From a virus (Duplodnaviria; Caudoviricetes), in IMG/VR virus record IMGVR_UViG_3300029305_005387: DNA of 64,000 nucleotides; one strand, written 5' to 3'. Of this stretch, positions 9,531 to 18,933 are shown one piece after another (the first letter of the stretch is position 1; each line of letters begins with the position of its first letter). Position numbers and translations under genes: made by a program. The notes beneath the pieces are model-generated. The model did no database searches. It saw only the letters and a program-made list of their open reading frames with translations, and had not been told where the DNA came from.

Positions 9531-11837
9531 ATGCAACATTTTAAGTTAGAAAAAGATTGTGTATTGTACAAAACACAATTTGAAAAGTATATGCTTGATA
9601 TATTTGGAGACCACCGTCTGGATAGATATTCTTTAGATTTAGATGGAATTTTATTTAGAATTAAATATATGACTAAGCATAAAAGAGATCTTGATAAGAT
9701 TCCAGAATTACAAGAGAAATTTACTAATATTGCAATCCAGTTAAGAAAATGCTTTGGTGAATTTCTCTTTAACTTCTTAGCTCAGATTATAACAATTCCT
9801 GAACCATTTAAACTTGACAATATTGTTGATATTCTTGCTCATGATGTGAAGATGGATCCGAATTATGTAAAGTTTAAAATGATATTAATTTCAGATAGTA
9901 AAGAATATATTGAATATGTAGATTCAGCTTTTCCAGATAATGAAGTATTTAATATGTTTCCAAACGAATACTTTAGATTTTATACTGATTCATACAATGA
10001 TGGAATTGCTAAAGCATATCCAGAACTATTTGAAAATAAACATCAGGACAAGATTGGTGTTGGAGCTGATGGAGATGTATTCTGCCACAACTTTACTTTT
10101 CAGACAGGAGAACGTTGTTCACTGAACTGTACGTATTGTGTTCCAGATGGTACCAAAGTTACATTACCAGATTATTCAATGAAAAATATTGAAGATATCC
10201 AAGTAGGTGATAAAGTATTGGCAGTAGATGAACATCATCCTGTTGGTAAAGAACATACATTACGAGAATCTGAAGTTACACATGTTTTCAAAAGGGAAAC
10301 AAATGGTTATTTTAAGATATCTCATAGAGCTTTAAAAGAACCTATTTGTATTACTGGTGAGCATCCTGTAAAAACAGAGAGACGTGGATGGATACCTGTA
10401 AATATGTTAAGATCAACGGATAAAATTTTGATATCTTCAATAGATCCATATGATTTTTATTCTACGAATTTTAAAAATCCATCATTTATAATGAATAAAA
10501 TCTCAAATTCATATCATTACTATAAAACGCAATACATTGGTGGATTTAAACTTGAAAATATTAAAGAAAAATGTACAGTGTATAATTTGGAAACAACTGA
10601 ACATACTTACGCTATTGGAAGATTATTAGTTCATAATTGTTATCAGTTTAATAAATCAGAAATGAGAATGAGTTTTGAAACTGCAAAGAAGTTTATTGAT
10701 AATTTATTGACTGATCAATATGGATATATTAATCAATATAATTCTCCTGCCATCATTATGGAGTTTATTGGTGGCGAACCTTTGCTTGAAATTAATCTTA
10801 CAAGAAAGATTTATGAATATTTTCTTGATAGATGTTACGAATTAAATCATCCTTGGTTTACTCTTCATAGACTTTCAATATGTTCTAATGGTATGCAATA
10901 TTTCGATAAAGAAGTTCAAGATTTTTTTAAAGAATATTCTTCACAAATTTCATTCAATATTTCCATTGATGGAAATAAAGAATTACATGATGCTTGTAGA
11001 GTTCAACCAAATGGAGAAGGAAGTTATGATATTGATATATGTGCACTGAATCATTATAATAAACATTTTACACCAGAGAGAAATTCTAAGATGACTTTGG
11101 CTCCATCTAATATTTCATATCTATTTGATTCAGTCGTAAACTTTATTAACAACGGAATGACAGTTATTAATATTAACTGCATTTTCGAAGAGGGTTGGAA
11201 CCAAGAGACTGCACGAATTGAATATTATCAGTTAAAGAAATTAGCTGAGTATATATTAGAGAATGATTTAGATCATCTTTATATAGCCATATTTAATGAA
11301 CGTCAAGAAGACGTGATGCCTAAAGAACAGGATGGATCATTTTGTGGAGGTGCCGGTTCCATGCTTGCTATGAGACCTAATGGACAGTTTTATCCATGTA
11401 TTCGTTACATGCCATCTTCTGTTGGTAATAATGTAAAAGATCTTTGTATTGGAACTGTCGATACAGGTATTCATGGACGAGAAGAAGGATCTGATATCAT
11501 TAGAATGTTAGATAGAATTACACGACGTGCACAAAACAATGACATCTGTTATGAATGTCCAATTTCAAATGATTGTGCTTCTTGTTTAGCATTAGGACAT
11601 ACAGTATTTGGTACTCCTAATAAGAGAACAAACTTCATCTGTATCCAAATGATTGCTGAGGCGTTAGCTAATGTATTTTACTGGAATGCATTATTAATCA
11701 AACATCCAGAATATAATCTCGATGTAAGAAAAAATAATGTTCCAGATAAATGGGCTCTCTTAGTAATAGATGAAGAAGAACTTGATTATTTGAAAAAACT
11801 TGAAGCATATGCAATGATCATAAAGATGGAAAGATAA
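9531..11837 (+). CDS. Radical SAM/SPASM peptide maturase (CXXX-repeat target family-like), intein-containing
   Basis: After intein removal CSLNCTYC (CxxxCxxC); FIGGEPLL; ISIDG..ELHD; SPASM CGGAG...YPC...CYECPISNDCASC...C; ATG 9531 after GGAGGG. Confidence 0.88.
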   Translation: MQHFKLEKDCVLYKTQFEKYMLDIFGDHRLDRYSLDLDGILFRIKYMTKHKRDLDKIPELQEKFTNIAIQLRKCFGEFLFNFLAQIITIPEPFKLDNIVDILAHDVKMDPNYVKFKMILISDSKEYIEYVDSAFPDNEVFNMFPNEYFRFYTDSYNDGIAKAYPELFENKHQDKIGVGADGDVFCHNFTFQTGERCSLNCTYCVPDGTKVTLPDYSMKNIEDIQVGDKVLAVDEHHPVGKEHTLRESEVTHVFKRETNGYFKISHRALKEPICITGEHPVKTERRGWIPVNMLRSTDKILISSIDPYDFYSTNFKNPSFIMNKISNSYHYYKTQYIGGFKLENIKEKCTVYNLETTEHTYAIGRLLVHNCYQFNKSEMRMSFETAKKFIDNLLTDQYGYINQYNSPAIIMEFIGGEPLLEINLTRKIYEYFLDRCYELNHPWFTLHRLSICSNGMQYFDKEVQDFFKEYSSQISFNISIDGNKELHDACRVQPNGEGSYDIDICALNHYNKHFTPERNSKMTLAPSNISYLFDSVVNFINNGMTVININCIFEEGWNQETARIEYYQLKKLAEYILENDLDHLYIAIFNERQEDVMPKEQDGSFCGGAGSMLAMRPNGQFYPCIRYMPSSVGNNVKDLCIGTVDTGIHGREEGSDIIRMLDRITRRAQNNDICYECPISNDCASCLALGHTVFGTPNKRTNFICIQMIAEALANVFYWNALLIKHPEYNLDVRKNNVPDKWALLVIDEEELDYLKKLEAYAMIIKMER
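10137..10637 (+). mobile_element. Mini-intein (167 aa, no homing endonuclease) inside the radical SAM CxxxCxxC motif
   Basis: Block A CVPDGTKV...IEDIQVGDKV; block B ITGEHPV; blocks F/G VYNLETTEHTY...LVHN followed by +1 Cys. Confidence 0.92.
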
Positions 11838-11843
11838 AATGAT

Positions 11844-11873
11844 ACACAGGAGAGGGATTTCCCTCTCCTGTGT
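11844..11873. terminator. Bidirectional hairpin terminator
   Basis: acacaggagaggga-tt-tccctctcctgtgt between convergent genes. Confidence 0.7.
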
Positions 11874-11894
11874 TTATACACTAACTTATGATAA

Positions 11895-12422
11895 TTAAGC
11901 AGTTGTATCAGGTTCAGTTGTTTCTGTACCATCTTCTGCAGGTTCTTCAGATTCATTAGAATCTTCTGCACCTGCATCGGTACCAGCGTCTTCATCTTCT
12001 GCATCCTTAGTATAAGTTACAGTAACTTCAACGCCTTCAGCTACCATATCACCAGTCAATAAAGTCTGATCAGCAGTATAACCTACGAAACTAGGAGGTG
12101 CATACGTGTATTCACCGCCAACATTGAACATTCTTTCTACAGGATCAGGAACTGTTAGATCTTCAGGACCTTCGAATGTTACTTTAAGAGCTGCACGAGC
12201 TGCAACTACATCGATGTCATTACCAGGACCTTCTTTTTCTTCAGATGCTTCAGCTTCAGGATCTTCCATTTTAGCTACAAGCTCAGGAACAATCTGTTTG
12301 AATTCCTCACGAGTGATCTGAATTCCAGGTACACTGTTGAAAAGATAATGCAAAGCATTAAACAATTCATTTGCTGCACCGGCAGTATCACCAGCAGCAA
12401 TACATTCATTAATTTTAGCCAT
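11895..12422 (-). CDS. Acidic protein with MucBP-like domain
   Basis: GGEYTYAPPSFVGYT...GDMVAEGVEVTVTYTK resembles MucBP; acidic tail; ATG 12422 after AAAGGAG. Confidence 0.55.
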   Translation of the reverse strand: MAKINECIAAGDTAGAANELFNALHYLFNSVPGIQITREEFKQIVPELVAKMEDPEAEASEEKEGPGNDIDVVAARAALKVTFEGPEDLTVPDPVERMFNVGGEYTYAPPSFVGYTADQTLLTGDMVAEGVEVTVTYTKDAEDEDAGTDAGAEDSNESEEPAEDGTETTEPDTTA

Positions 12423-12509
12423 ATTAAAGACTCCTTTCATGATTTACTTTTGTTTTATCCAGTTTATTTCCCAGGATTAATTATCTGTAATTAGAAAATT
12501 ATGAATGAA

Positions 12510-12523
12510 AACGACTATTTAAT
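12510..12523 (+). promoter_or_regulatory. Candidate late promoter upstream of the Cys-rich gene
   Basis: AACGACTATTTAAT, 12 of 14 identical to the capsid-gene motif. Confidence 0.5.
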
Positions 12524-12551
12524 TATTGATTTCTATCGTGGAGGTGTTAAT

Positions 12552-14801
12552 ATGAATAAAGATCTTTATTCAAATCAAGAATTCACTGAATTAAAACACC
12601 GATTAAATCAGGAAATACAGAGAAGAAGTACATTTTCTTGGTGGGATCCGCTAACAACACCATCTGTTGGAGAAGATAAATCATCTCCAATGTCATTACC
12701 TGATATCGGTCAACGAGTTTCAGTTGATGATAAAACATATACAATCAATAATCCTTCTGAGGGATCTATTGAAAGGACTAAAAATATTCATTATCAAAAT
12801 CATGGAGATAGTCCATCAGGTGATGATAGTGAATTTATTTCAACAGTTCCAAATACATCTGCAGCTAAAATGGATGCAGATGAAATGAGAAACTTTTTGG
12901 TTGGTTTATCTAAAATAAAAGATATCAATCTTTTTTATGGTAGAGATGAAATCCCAGGTCTTGCTTATAGAGATCCATCTGGAATAGAAGAAGTACTAAC
13001 AAGTGCTGAAAAAGATAAATTACATGAATATATTGTAGGTGAATATTCAAAGAATGATCCTAATAATGGAGCTAACGATCATTTAGACGGAAATTATCCT
13101 AGTAATATTCACGAAGTTCATTACGATATTGAAAATGGAATTGCTGTAATGAAATCCGGAGAATATGATGGAGAAGAATTAAACACCCATGATGGTTTAG
13201 GTCCTAATAATTTCTTTGATGATTATGGGGCAGAACCAGGAGATGGTGATTTTCATCCTTATAACAGAGGATATACTCCACAAAGTAGACGAGATTGGAA
13301 AATACATAATAATCAACGTAAAACAGAAAAGGTTTATGTTACTGAAGGAGGAATACCAACTTCTTCTTTTGGACCAAATCCTAGAAATCCAGTCCAAGGT
13401 AAAGAATATAAATCTCGTCCAGTATTTAAAGGATCTCCAAGTACTTGTCAGGTTGCTTGTACTGGTCTATGTAGCGTTACTTGTGATGATCAATGTTCAG
13501 AATCTTGTTCTTCAACATGTTGGAGTCGATGTGGTAATGCTTGTACTTCTTCATGTGGTAATGCTTGCACAGGTTGTAGTACTTTATGTTATACATCTTG
13601 CAAAACTAAATGTGAAAACATTTCTGGATATGCTTGTGTAACTGCTGGAGCAAAAGCTATTAAAATAACAACATCTGGTGGCACTAATGGTGTACCTGCA
13701 AAAAATGAAATCCAAGCAGAAACATATTCATGTCAAGGATGTTCATATAGTTGTCAATTTTATCCTAATAAAAAGACAACTTGTTGGGATGCTGGATGTA
13801 TGGGTAATTGTTTTATCTCTTGTAACACAGCATGTTCAACTGCCTGTACTGGTGGTTGTATTAATAATACAGCTGAAGAAGGTACTTCATATAAAACTGG
13901 TAAAGGCAGAGGATGTTCTTCTGGATGTACATTAAACTGTATTGGAAATTGTTCTGGGACATGTGAAGGACAATGTGTGACAACTTGTTGGCATGCATGT
14001 AAAGAAACATGTACTGACAATTGTACATTCGAATGTTCTACAAATTGTGGAAGTGGTTGTGCTAGTGGATGTAAAGATGGTTGTACAGGATGTACAGGAA
14101 CTTGTGAATCTTATTGTGAAGGACAAACCGATTCAATAGGATGTACAGGTTGTAGCACAAAAGGCGGTTGTACATCTACTTGTCAGCATGGCTGTAATAA
14201 AAATTGTGTTGGTATAGGATGTAGATCAATTTGTGGTATTGAAGCTGCTGGAGCTTGTGAAGCTAATTGTAGAATCAATTGTATGAGTTCTAGTTGTTCA
14301 GCTATGTGTTCTAATCAATGTTCAGATCAATGTACAACATGTGTCAATACCTGTGGATTTGGATGTGGGTATTGTTCTTCCGTATGTTCTTCTGGTTGTG
14401 ATGCTGCTTGTGAAATCACGTGTAGTGAGAAGTGTGAACATTCTTGTGAAAATAATTGTGTTCAGTCTTGTAGTGAAGAATGTGGCGGATGTTCTTCATT
14501 ATGCTTCTCATGTGTTGGAATGTGTATTGGAGTTTGTAGTGTACATTGTGAAAATGGATGTACCAGTTGTTCAGTAATGTGCGGATGGTGGTGTGATTCT
14601 TCATGTAATCAACAATGCTTTGCAAATTGTGACACTTTCTGTATATCTGATTGCTCTGGTTCTTGTATAACATTCTTAATGAGTAAAGCTAATACTACCA
14701 TTGGACCTGAAAATAACCCTACAGCTGAAGGATATAAGTGTCCTCATCCTTCTAATAGAGAAGAGGAACGTGAATCATTTATTATTAGGAAGGATGAATA
14801 A
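12552..14801 (+). CDS. Large Cys-rich CXXX-repeat protein, putative radical SAM substrate
   Basis: ~300 Cys-free N-terminal residues, then ~89 Cys (hand count) mostly at CxxxC with interspersed CxxC spacing; ATG 12552 after GGAGGT. Confidence 0.8.
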   Translation: MNKDLYSNQEFTELKHRLNQEIQRRSTFSWWDPLTTPSVGEDKSSPMSLPDIGQRVSVDDKTYTINNPSEGSIERTKNIHYQNHGDSPSGDDSEFISTVPNTSAAKMDADEMRNFLVGLSKIKDINLFYGRDEIPGLAYRDPSGIEEVLTSAEKDKLHEYIVGEYSKNDPNNGANDHLDGNYPSNIHEVHYDIENGIAVMKSGEYDGEELNTHDGLGPNNFFDDYGAEPGDGDFHPYNRGYTPQSRRDWKIHNNQRKTEKVYVTEGGIPTSSFGPNPRNPVQGKEYKSRPVFKGSPSTCQVACTGLCSVTCDDQCSESCSSTCWSRCGNACTSSCGNACTGCSTLCYTSCKTKCENISGYACVTAGAKAIKITTSGGTNGVPAKNEIQAETYSCQGCSYSCQFYPNKKTTCWDAGCMGNCFISCNTACSTACTGGCINNTAEEGTSYKTGKGRGCSSGCTLNCIGNCSGTCEGQCVTTCWHACKETCTDNCTFECSTNCGSGCASGCKDGCTGCTGTCESYCEGQTDSIGCTGCSTKGGCTSTCQHGCNKNCVGIGCRSICGIEAAGACEANCRINCMSSSCSAMCSNQCSDQCTTCVNTCGFGCGYCSSVCSSGCDAACEITCSEKCEHSCENNCVQSCSEECGGCSSLCFSCVGMCIGVCSVHCENGCTSCSVMCGWWCDSSCNQQCFANCDTFCISDCSGSCITFLMSKANTTIGPENNPTAEGYKCPHPSNREEERESFIIRKDE
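13446..14666 (+). repeat. CXXX protein-level repeat region
   Basis: 12-nt periodic TGT codons, e.g. CQVACTGLCSVTCDDQCSESCSSTC. Confidence 0.9.
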
Positions 14802-14803
14802 AT

Positions 14804-15070
14804 ATGGGAAGAATAAGTGAAGTAAAATATATACAAGTTGATCCAATTGATTATGATGTACATGAAGCTGCTCAACACTATTTTCATTCTAATGTAATTC
14901 CGATTCATGAAATGTTTTATGTTGGATATGAAGAATATGAATTAAAACAAAATTCTATTCGTAATAACATCACTAGAGATAATAGGGACGATAGTCTAAA
15001 ATTGAATACGTCTACATTTGGGATATCGATAAAAAATAATCAAGTCATTCTGGTAATCGATAAAGCATAA
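14804..15070 (+). CDS. Hypothetical protein, likely co-transcribed with the Cys-rich gene
   Basis: 88-aa ORF starting 2 nt after the upstream stop. Confidence 0.6.
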   Translation: MGRISEVKYIQVDPIDYDVHEAAQHYFHSNVIPIHEMFYVGYEEYELKQNSIRNNITRDNRDDSLKLNTSTFGISIKNNQVILVIDKA

Positions 15071-15073
15071 CAT

Positions 15074-15105
15074 TTAAGAGAGGAGCTATATAGCTCCTCT
15101 CTTAA
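15074..15105. terminator. Perfect 32-bp palindrome, bidirectional terminator
   Basis: ttaagagaggagctat|atagctcctctcttaa. Confidence 0.7.
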
Positions 15106-15111
15106 TCATCT

Positions 15112-15411
15112 TTACATCATTTCATATACTTGAATTGAATTTCCGGAAACTTCATATCCATCATAATTCCAGACATATTGAGAAAATCTAAAATGTTCAG
15201 GAACAAACTCATTTGTGATTCTGTATTTGATAGCTTCAATTTTAGAAGTAATCGGAATAAGAGATTCTTCAAGCTTCTCAAATTTATTAGGATCATCTGC
15301 TACCTGTGTTAATACTCTCGTACGGATTGTTTCCTTTGTTAGTAATTCAGATAATTCTCTAGCAAGTTCATCAGGAATTGTAAAATTTCCTCGTAATACT
15401 TGATTGATCAT
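15112..15411 (-). CDS. Small helical protein, possible CXXX-repeat modification system accessory protein
   Basis: 99 aa, helical hairpin then aromatic YVWNYDGYE tail; size and layout recall TIGR04116-type proteins (by eye only). Confidence 0.4.
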   Translation of the reverse strand: MINQVLRGNFTIPDELARELSELLTKETIRTRVLTQVADDPNKFEKLEESLIPITSKIEAIKYRITNEFVPEHFRFSQYVWNYDGYEVSGNSIQVYEMM

Positions 15412-15432
15412 GTTAATAACCTCCTCTGATTA

Positions 15433-16419
15433 TCATATTAACTTCAGTAGTTCCCCTCTGAAACTTTTAATATTCTTAGTTTCTTTTACAACATCTGAAG
15501 CAGAAATATTGATAATATTGTTACCAGCTAGAAGAGTAATACACATGAAAATCAAGTATTCAATGTTATCAACTGCAAGTGTAGAAGGAATATAATAATA
15601 ATTGATCCAATCATTTAGTAAAGTTCCTAAGTGTGCAGATCTCATACGAGGAGAAGCTGTTTTAAGTAAATCAATTAATTCACTGACCTTGTGAGGATTT
15701 GCATTATCATATTCATGAACAATTTCATTAGCTCTCATTTCATCAAGATATTTAATATGAGCTTTTGAAATTGTATTAATATTTTCTGCAGTATCATTAG
15801 ATTCAAAGATATTCTCTAAGAAAAATCTATTAATCCAATATTGAATAGTATCGAATGTGATCTTATCTGCAGCTACAGAAAATTGTCTGTTAATAATTCT
15901 CGTAAAGAACTTTGTGTAAATTTCCATCAGAATTTTCTGTAGATATTGATTTCTTGCAAGATTAGCATAATTATTCTTTAATCCATTTGCAATCAATGCA
16001 CCAGTTAAAAGATCTCTCAATACAGGTGCTTGCATTGATAATACACCATCTCTGGAAACCTGAATGTACTTATCAACAAACACGTATGTTACAAATCCTC
16101 GTTTTGTTTTAAGTGTAATGAATGGAATTGCTTGTGTTAATGATAATGATTGAACGTTATTGTAGATTAAAACTACTCTTTCTTCATCAAATGCTTTCAT
16201 TGCAGCTCTTGTTAGAGAATCACTAATCTGCTTGACAGCAATATATGCTGCTTCAATATCCTCATTTGTGAGGTGTTTAGCAGTTTTAATTAGATCAATA
16301 GCTTTGTCTAATGTAGTTCTACTTTTATCCATGTGATTTATTCCACTGGATCCACTTCCATCTCCATTAAATACTTCAGAGTGTACTAATGAAGATTCCA
16401 TATAACCTGTAATAGCCAT
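15433..16419 (-). CDS. Hypothetical protein, probably virion-associated
   Basis: ~328-aa ORF, RBS, late-type promoter motif, N-terminal YMES possible protease site. Confidence 0.45.
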   Translation of the reverse strand: MAITGYMESSLVHSEVFNGDGSGSSGINHMDKSRTTLDKAIDLIKTAKHLTNEDIEAAYIAVKQISDSLTRAAMKAFDEERVVLIYNNVQSLSLTQAIPFITLKTKRGFVTYVFVDKYIQVSRDGVLSMQAPVLRDLLTGALIANGLKNNYANLARNQYLQKILMEIYTKFFTRIINRQFSVAADKITFDTIQYWINRFFLENIFESNDTAENINTISKAHIKYLDEMRANEIVHEYDNANPHKVSELIDLLKTASPRMRSAHLGTLLNDWINYYYIPSTLAVDNIEYLIFMCITLLAGNNIINISASDVVKETKNIKSFRGELLKLI

Positions 16420-16462
16420 AAAGTTAAACACTCCTTTCTATAATTAAGTTTCTGTCTTGACT

Positions 16463-16705
16463 TTATACGATTGCATTTGTAACCTTTTGAACAATCTCAG
16501 GTAGTTCATCATTTACTTCTGTTAGTTTATAAATTATGAGCACTTCTCTATTATCATCTCTATATTGTGGATGAATGAGAGAATTAAATTTTATATCTAC
16601 AATTTCTACATTGTATCTAGAATCTTCTTGTATTTTTAATAAGAATTCATTAATTCTACTTTCTAATACTTCATATTTACATTGTATAAATTTTACTTTT
16701 AACAT
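16463..16705 (-). CDS. Hypothetical protein
   Basis: 80-aa ORF directly downstream of the exonuclease. Confidence 0.55.
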   Translation of the reverse strand: MLKVKFIQCKYEVLESRINEFLLKIQEDSRYNVEIVDIKFNSLIHPQYRDDNREVLIIYKLTEVNDELPEIVQKVTNAIV

Positions 16706-16707
16706 TT

Positions 16708-17607
16708 TTATTTCACCTCAATTTTATCTAATCTTTGTGGAAGTAATGAGAAACGCATTACATCTATCAATGAGTATAATTCTAATTCATGTATTACATC
16801 ATATAGCTCATCTGGAAATGGTTCTGTACGATATAACATATCGACAGAAAGATCTAAAAGTTTATAGTCAGTTACAATGGTTACCAGTTTTCTAGTAAAT
16901 TCTATGTCTTTTTCTCCGGCTATTAATCTTTCTCGAATTTTCATTTTAATCTCAGTAAGTCTTCTATAAATAGATTCTAAAGATCCAAATTTATTCATTA
17001 ATTCTAATGCAGTTCTTTCTCCAATTCCATGAATGCCAATAATATTATCAGAACGATCCCCTTGTAAAATCTTTAATTCAATCCATTGTTCTGGAGTGAG
17101 ATTATATTTTTCTCTCATAAAATCTTTATCAACGAAATCACTATTTCTAGGTGACTGAATAAAAGTATGATCTGTTACAAGTTGATACATATCTTTATCT
17201 GAAGAAATAATTATAACATCCATATCATTGTCTTCACCTAAACGTGAAATCATACCCAATACATCATCAGCTTCATAAAGTTCATTATTCAAAGTTTGAA
17301 ATCCTAATAGAGCAATTAATTGAGATATGTATCTCATTTGATCTATAATATCTTGATCATGTTTTTTACGTTGTGCTTTGTATCCTGGATACATCTTCCT
17401 TCTAAATGTACGTTTTCTACTAATATCATTAGCGAATACAATAAAGTCTGGCTCAAAAGTTTCTTTTAACATTTTTAATTTAAAGAAAAACCCTTTAATT
17501 GCATTAACATTGATACCCTTAGAGTTGACTAAGTGTTGTCCATAATAACTAGCAAATGCCACGTTATTAAAGTCAATTGCTAGTATTAATTTTCTTTTTT
17601 CTTCCAT
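16708..17607 (-). CDS. 5'-3' exonuclease / flap endonuclease (Pol I N-terminal domain, T5 D15-like)
   Basis: IDFNN, FRRKMYPGYKAQRK, EADDVLG, SSDKDMYQL, GDRSDNIIGIHGIGERTA (H3TH). Confidence 0.93.
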   Translation of the reverse strand: MEEKRKLILAIDFNNVAFASYYGQHLVNSKGINVNAIKGFFFKLKMLKETFEPDFIVFANDISRKRTFRRKMYPGYKAQRKKHDQDIIDQMRYISQLIALLGFQTLNNELYEADDVLGMISRLGEDNDMDVIIISSDKDMYQLVTDHTFIQSPRNSDFVDKDFMREKYNLTPEQWIELKILQGDRSDNIIGIHGIGERTALELMNKFGSLESIYRRLTEIKMKIRERLIAGEKDIEFTRKLVTIVTDYKLLDLSVDMLYRTEPFPDELYDVIHELELYSLIDVMRFSLLPQRLDKIEVK

Positions 17608-17699
17608 ATTATTTTATCCTTTCTATAAGTAAGTAAATAATAGTAATTTAGAAACGAGTTTATATTTCGTCCATAATTAATGCGATAATATATAAACAA

Positions 17700-17731
17700 G
17701 ATTAGGAGGAGTCAATTGACTCCTCCTAATC
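17700..17731 (-). terminator. Perfect 32-bp palindrome terminator
   Basis: gattaggaggagtcaa|ttgactcctcctaatc. Confidence 0.7.
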
Positions 17732-17733
17732 AA

Positions 17734-18495
17734 TTACTTATAAACTTCTATTTTGAAAGGTAGATGCTTTCCATTTACAGTTATTGATTCGATGGTGTGT
17801 TCTAATAATCCGTATGAACCTACCATATTATGATTAGGATCGGACATATTACGAGCAATACCTATTGCAGCTACTGGATAAAAATCTGAATCTCTACGAT
17901 ATGATGGTAATAAAATCATTGAAGAAAATTTTGATACATTACGTTCACTGTTTATCTCATATTGAGGTAAATTATCATTTTTCTTAAACATTCTATTCCA
18001 TCCAGTTACATATGGACCATATGATTCATAAACGGTATATCCTGAAATATTTATTGCAATATTATCAAACTCACAACTCATTGGATTATCATTAATATCT
18101 GAAATAGAAATAGAAGATCCATCCGAAAGTATTGCATATAATCTTCCTATGAAAAGAAAATTACCTTCCACCTCATATTTATCTTTAGAATATTCAAATA
18201 ATAAAGTTTTTGTGTTAAGATTTTCTTCTTTATCATAATGAATTTGTAAAATATTTTCAAGATCTTCATTAAATTCTAATTCAGGATACATTGGATGATG
18301 AATTTGTTTGTTCAGTAAATAAACCATACGAAAACTCATAATATCTTCAGCTTTAAAAGTCTTCTTTGGAGTATCTCTTCGCCATATACCATTTATGTTC
18401 ATCCATTGTTCTGTATCTCTCCATATACCATTAATACATGTCTGTGGATTATCTACTTCTCTCCATATGTTATTTATATTGACAGGAACTGACAT
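17734..18495 (-). CDS. Tail fibre-associated / receptor-binding tip protein (putative)
   Basis: Three N-terminal NIN(G/N)IWR-type repeats typical of fibre-tip modules; downstream of the long fibre gene. Confidence 0.5.
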   Translation of the reverse strand: MSVPVNINNIWREVDNPQTCINGIWRDTEQWMNINGIWRRDTPKKTFKAEDIMSFRMVYLLNKQIHHPMYPELEFNEDLENILQIHYDKEENLNTKTLLFEYSKDKYEVEGNFLFIGRLYAILSDGSSISISDINDNPMSCEFDNIAINISGYTVYESYGPYVTGWNRMFKKNDNLPQYEINSERNVSKFSSMILLPSYRRDSDFYPVAAIGIARNMSDPNHNMVGSYGLLEHTIESITVNGKHLPFKIEVYK

Positions 18496-18510
18496 TTTTA
18501 GATACCTCCT

Positions 18511-18915
18511 TTAATTTGAAATATTAGGAGGTATCCAGTTACCATTTAAATATAATTGATACTCTTCATATGTCAATTGAGCAATATTTATCACATGAAT
18601 ATTTTCAAACTCATCCTGTGAAATAAATCCTGGCATTTTATCAACTTTTCTAGTTTCAGTTCTACTAGATATAAAAATATTATATCCTTCTGCAATTAGT
18701 GTTTTTACATTGGATTCATTTTCATAATTCATATATGAATAAAGATGATTAGTTTTGCCAGGATTATTAAATATAGATGTAAGTTCTTTGAGATCCATAT
18801 AGGAAGGATCTATTTCAATGGATAATGTGTCTCTTGTAATTCCATTGATTATTCGAGGACCTCCAAGAATGCGAATTACTTCAAGTTGAGTTGAATCATT
18901 TAATTCTAAAATCAT
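18511..18915 (-). CDS. Hypothetical tail-associated protein
   Basis: 134-aa ORF in the fibre operon. Confidence 0.5.
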   Translation of the reverse strand: MILELNDSTQLEVIRILGGPRIINGITRDTLSIEIDPSYMDLKELTSIFNNPGKTNHLYSYMNYENESNVKTLIAEGYNIFISSRTETRKVDKMPGFISQDEFENIHVINIAQLTYEEYQLYLNGNWIPPNISN

Positions 18916-18933
18916 TTTAAACCCCTCCTTCCT

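Noticed and set aside
13446-14666. CRISPR array or DNA tandem repeat
   Set aside because: Periodicity comes from TGT codons every 9-12 nt; there are no identical direct repeats with spacers
12552-14801. Eukaryotic contamination (keratin-associated, metallothionein or EGF-like protein)
   Set aside because: Bacterial RBS, phage-like codon usage and promoter motif, uninterrupted ORF, and a neighbouring rSAM maturase
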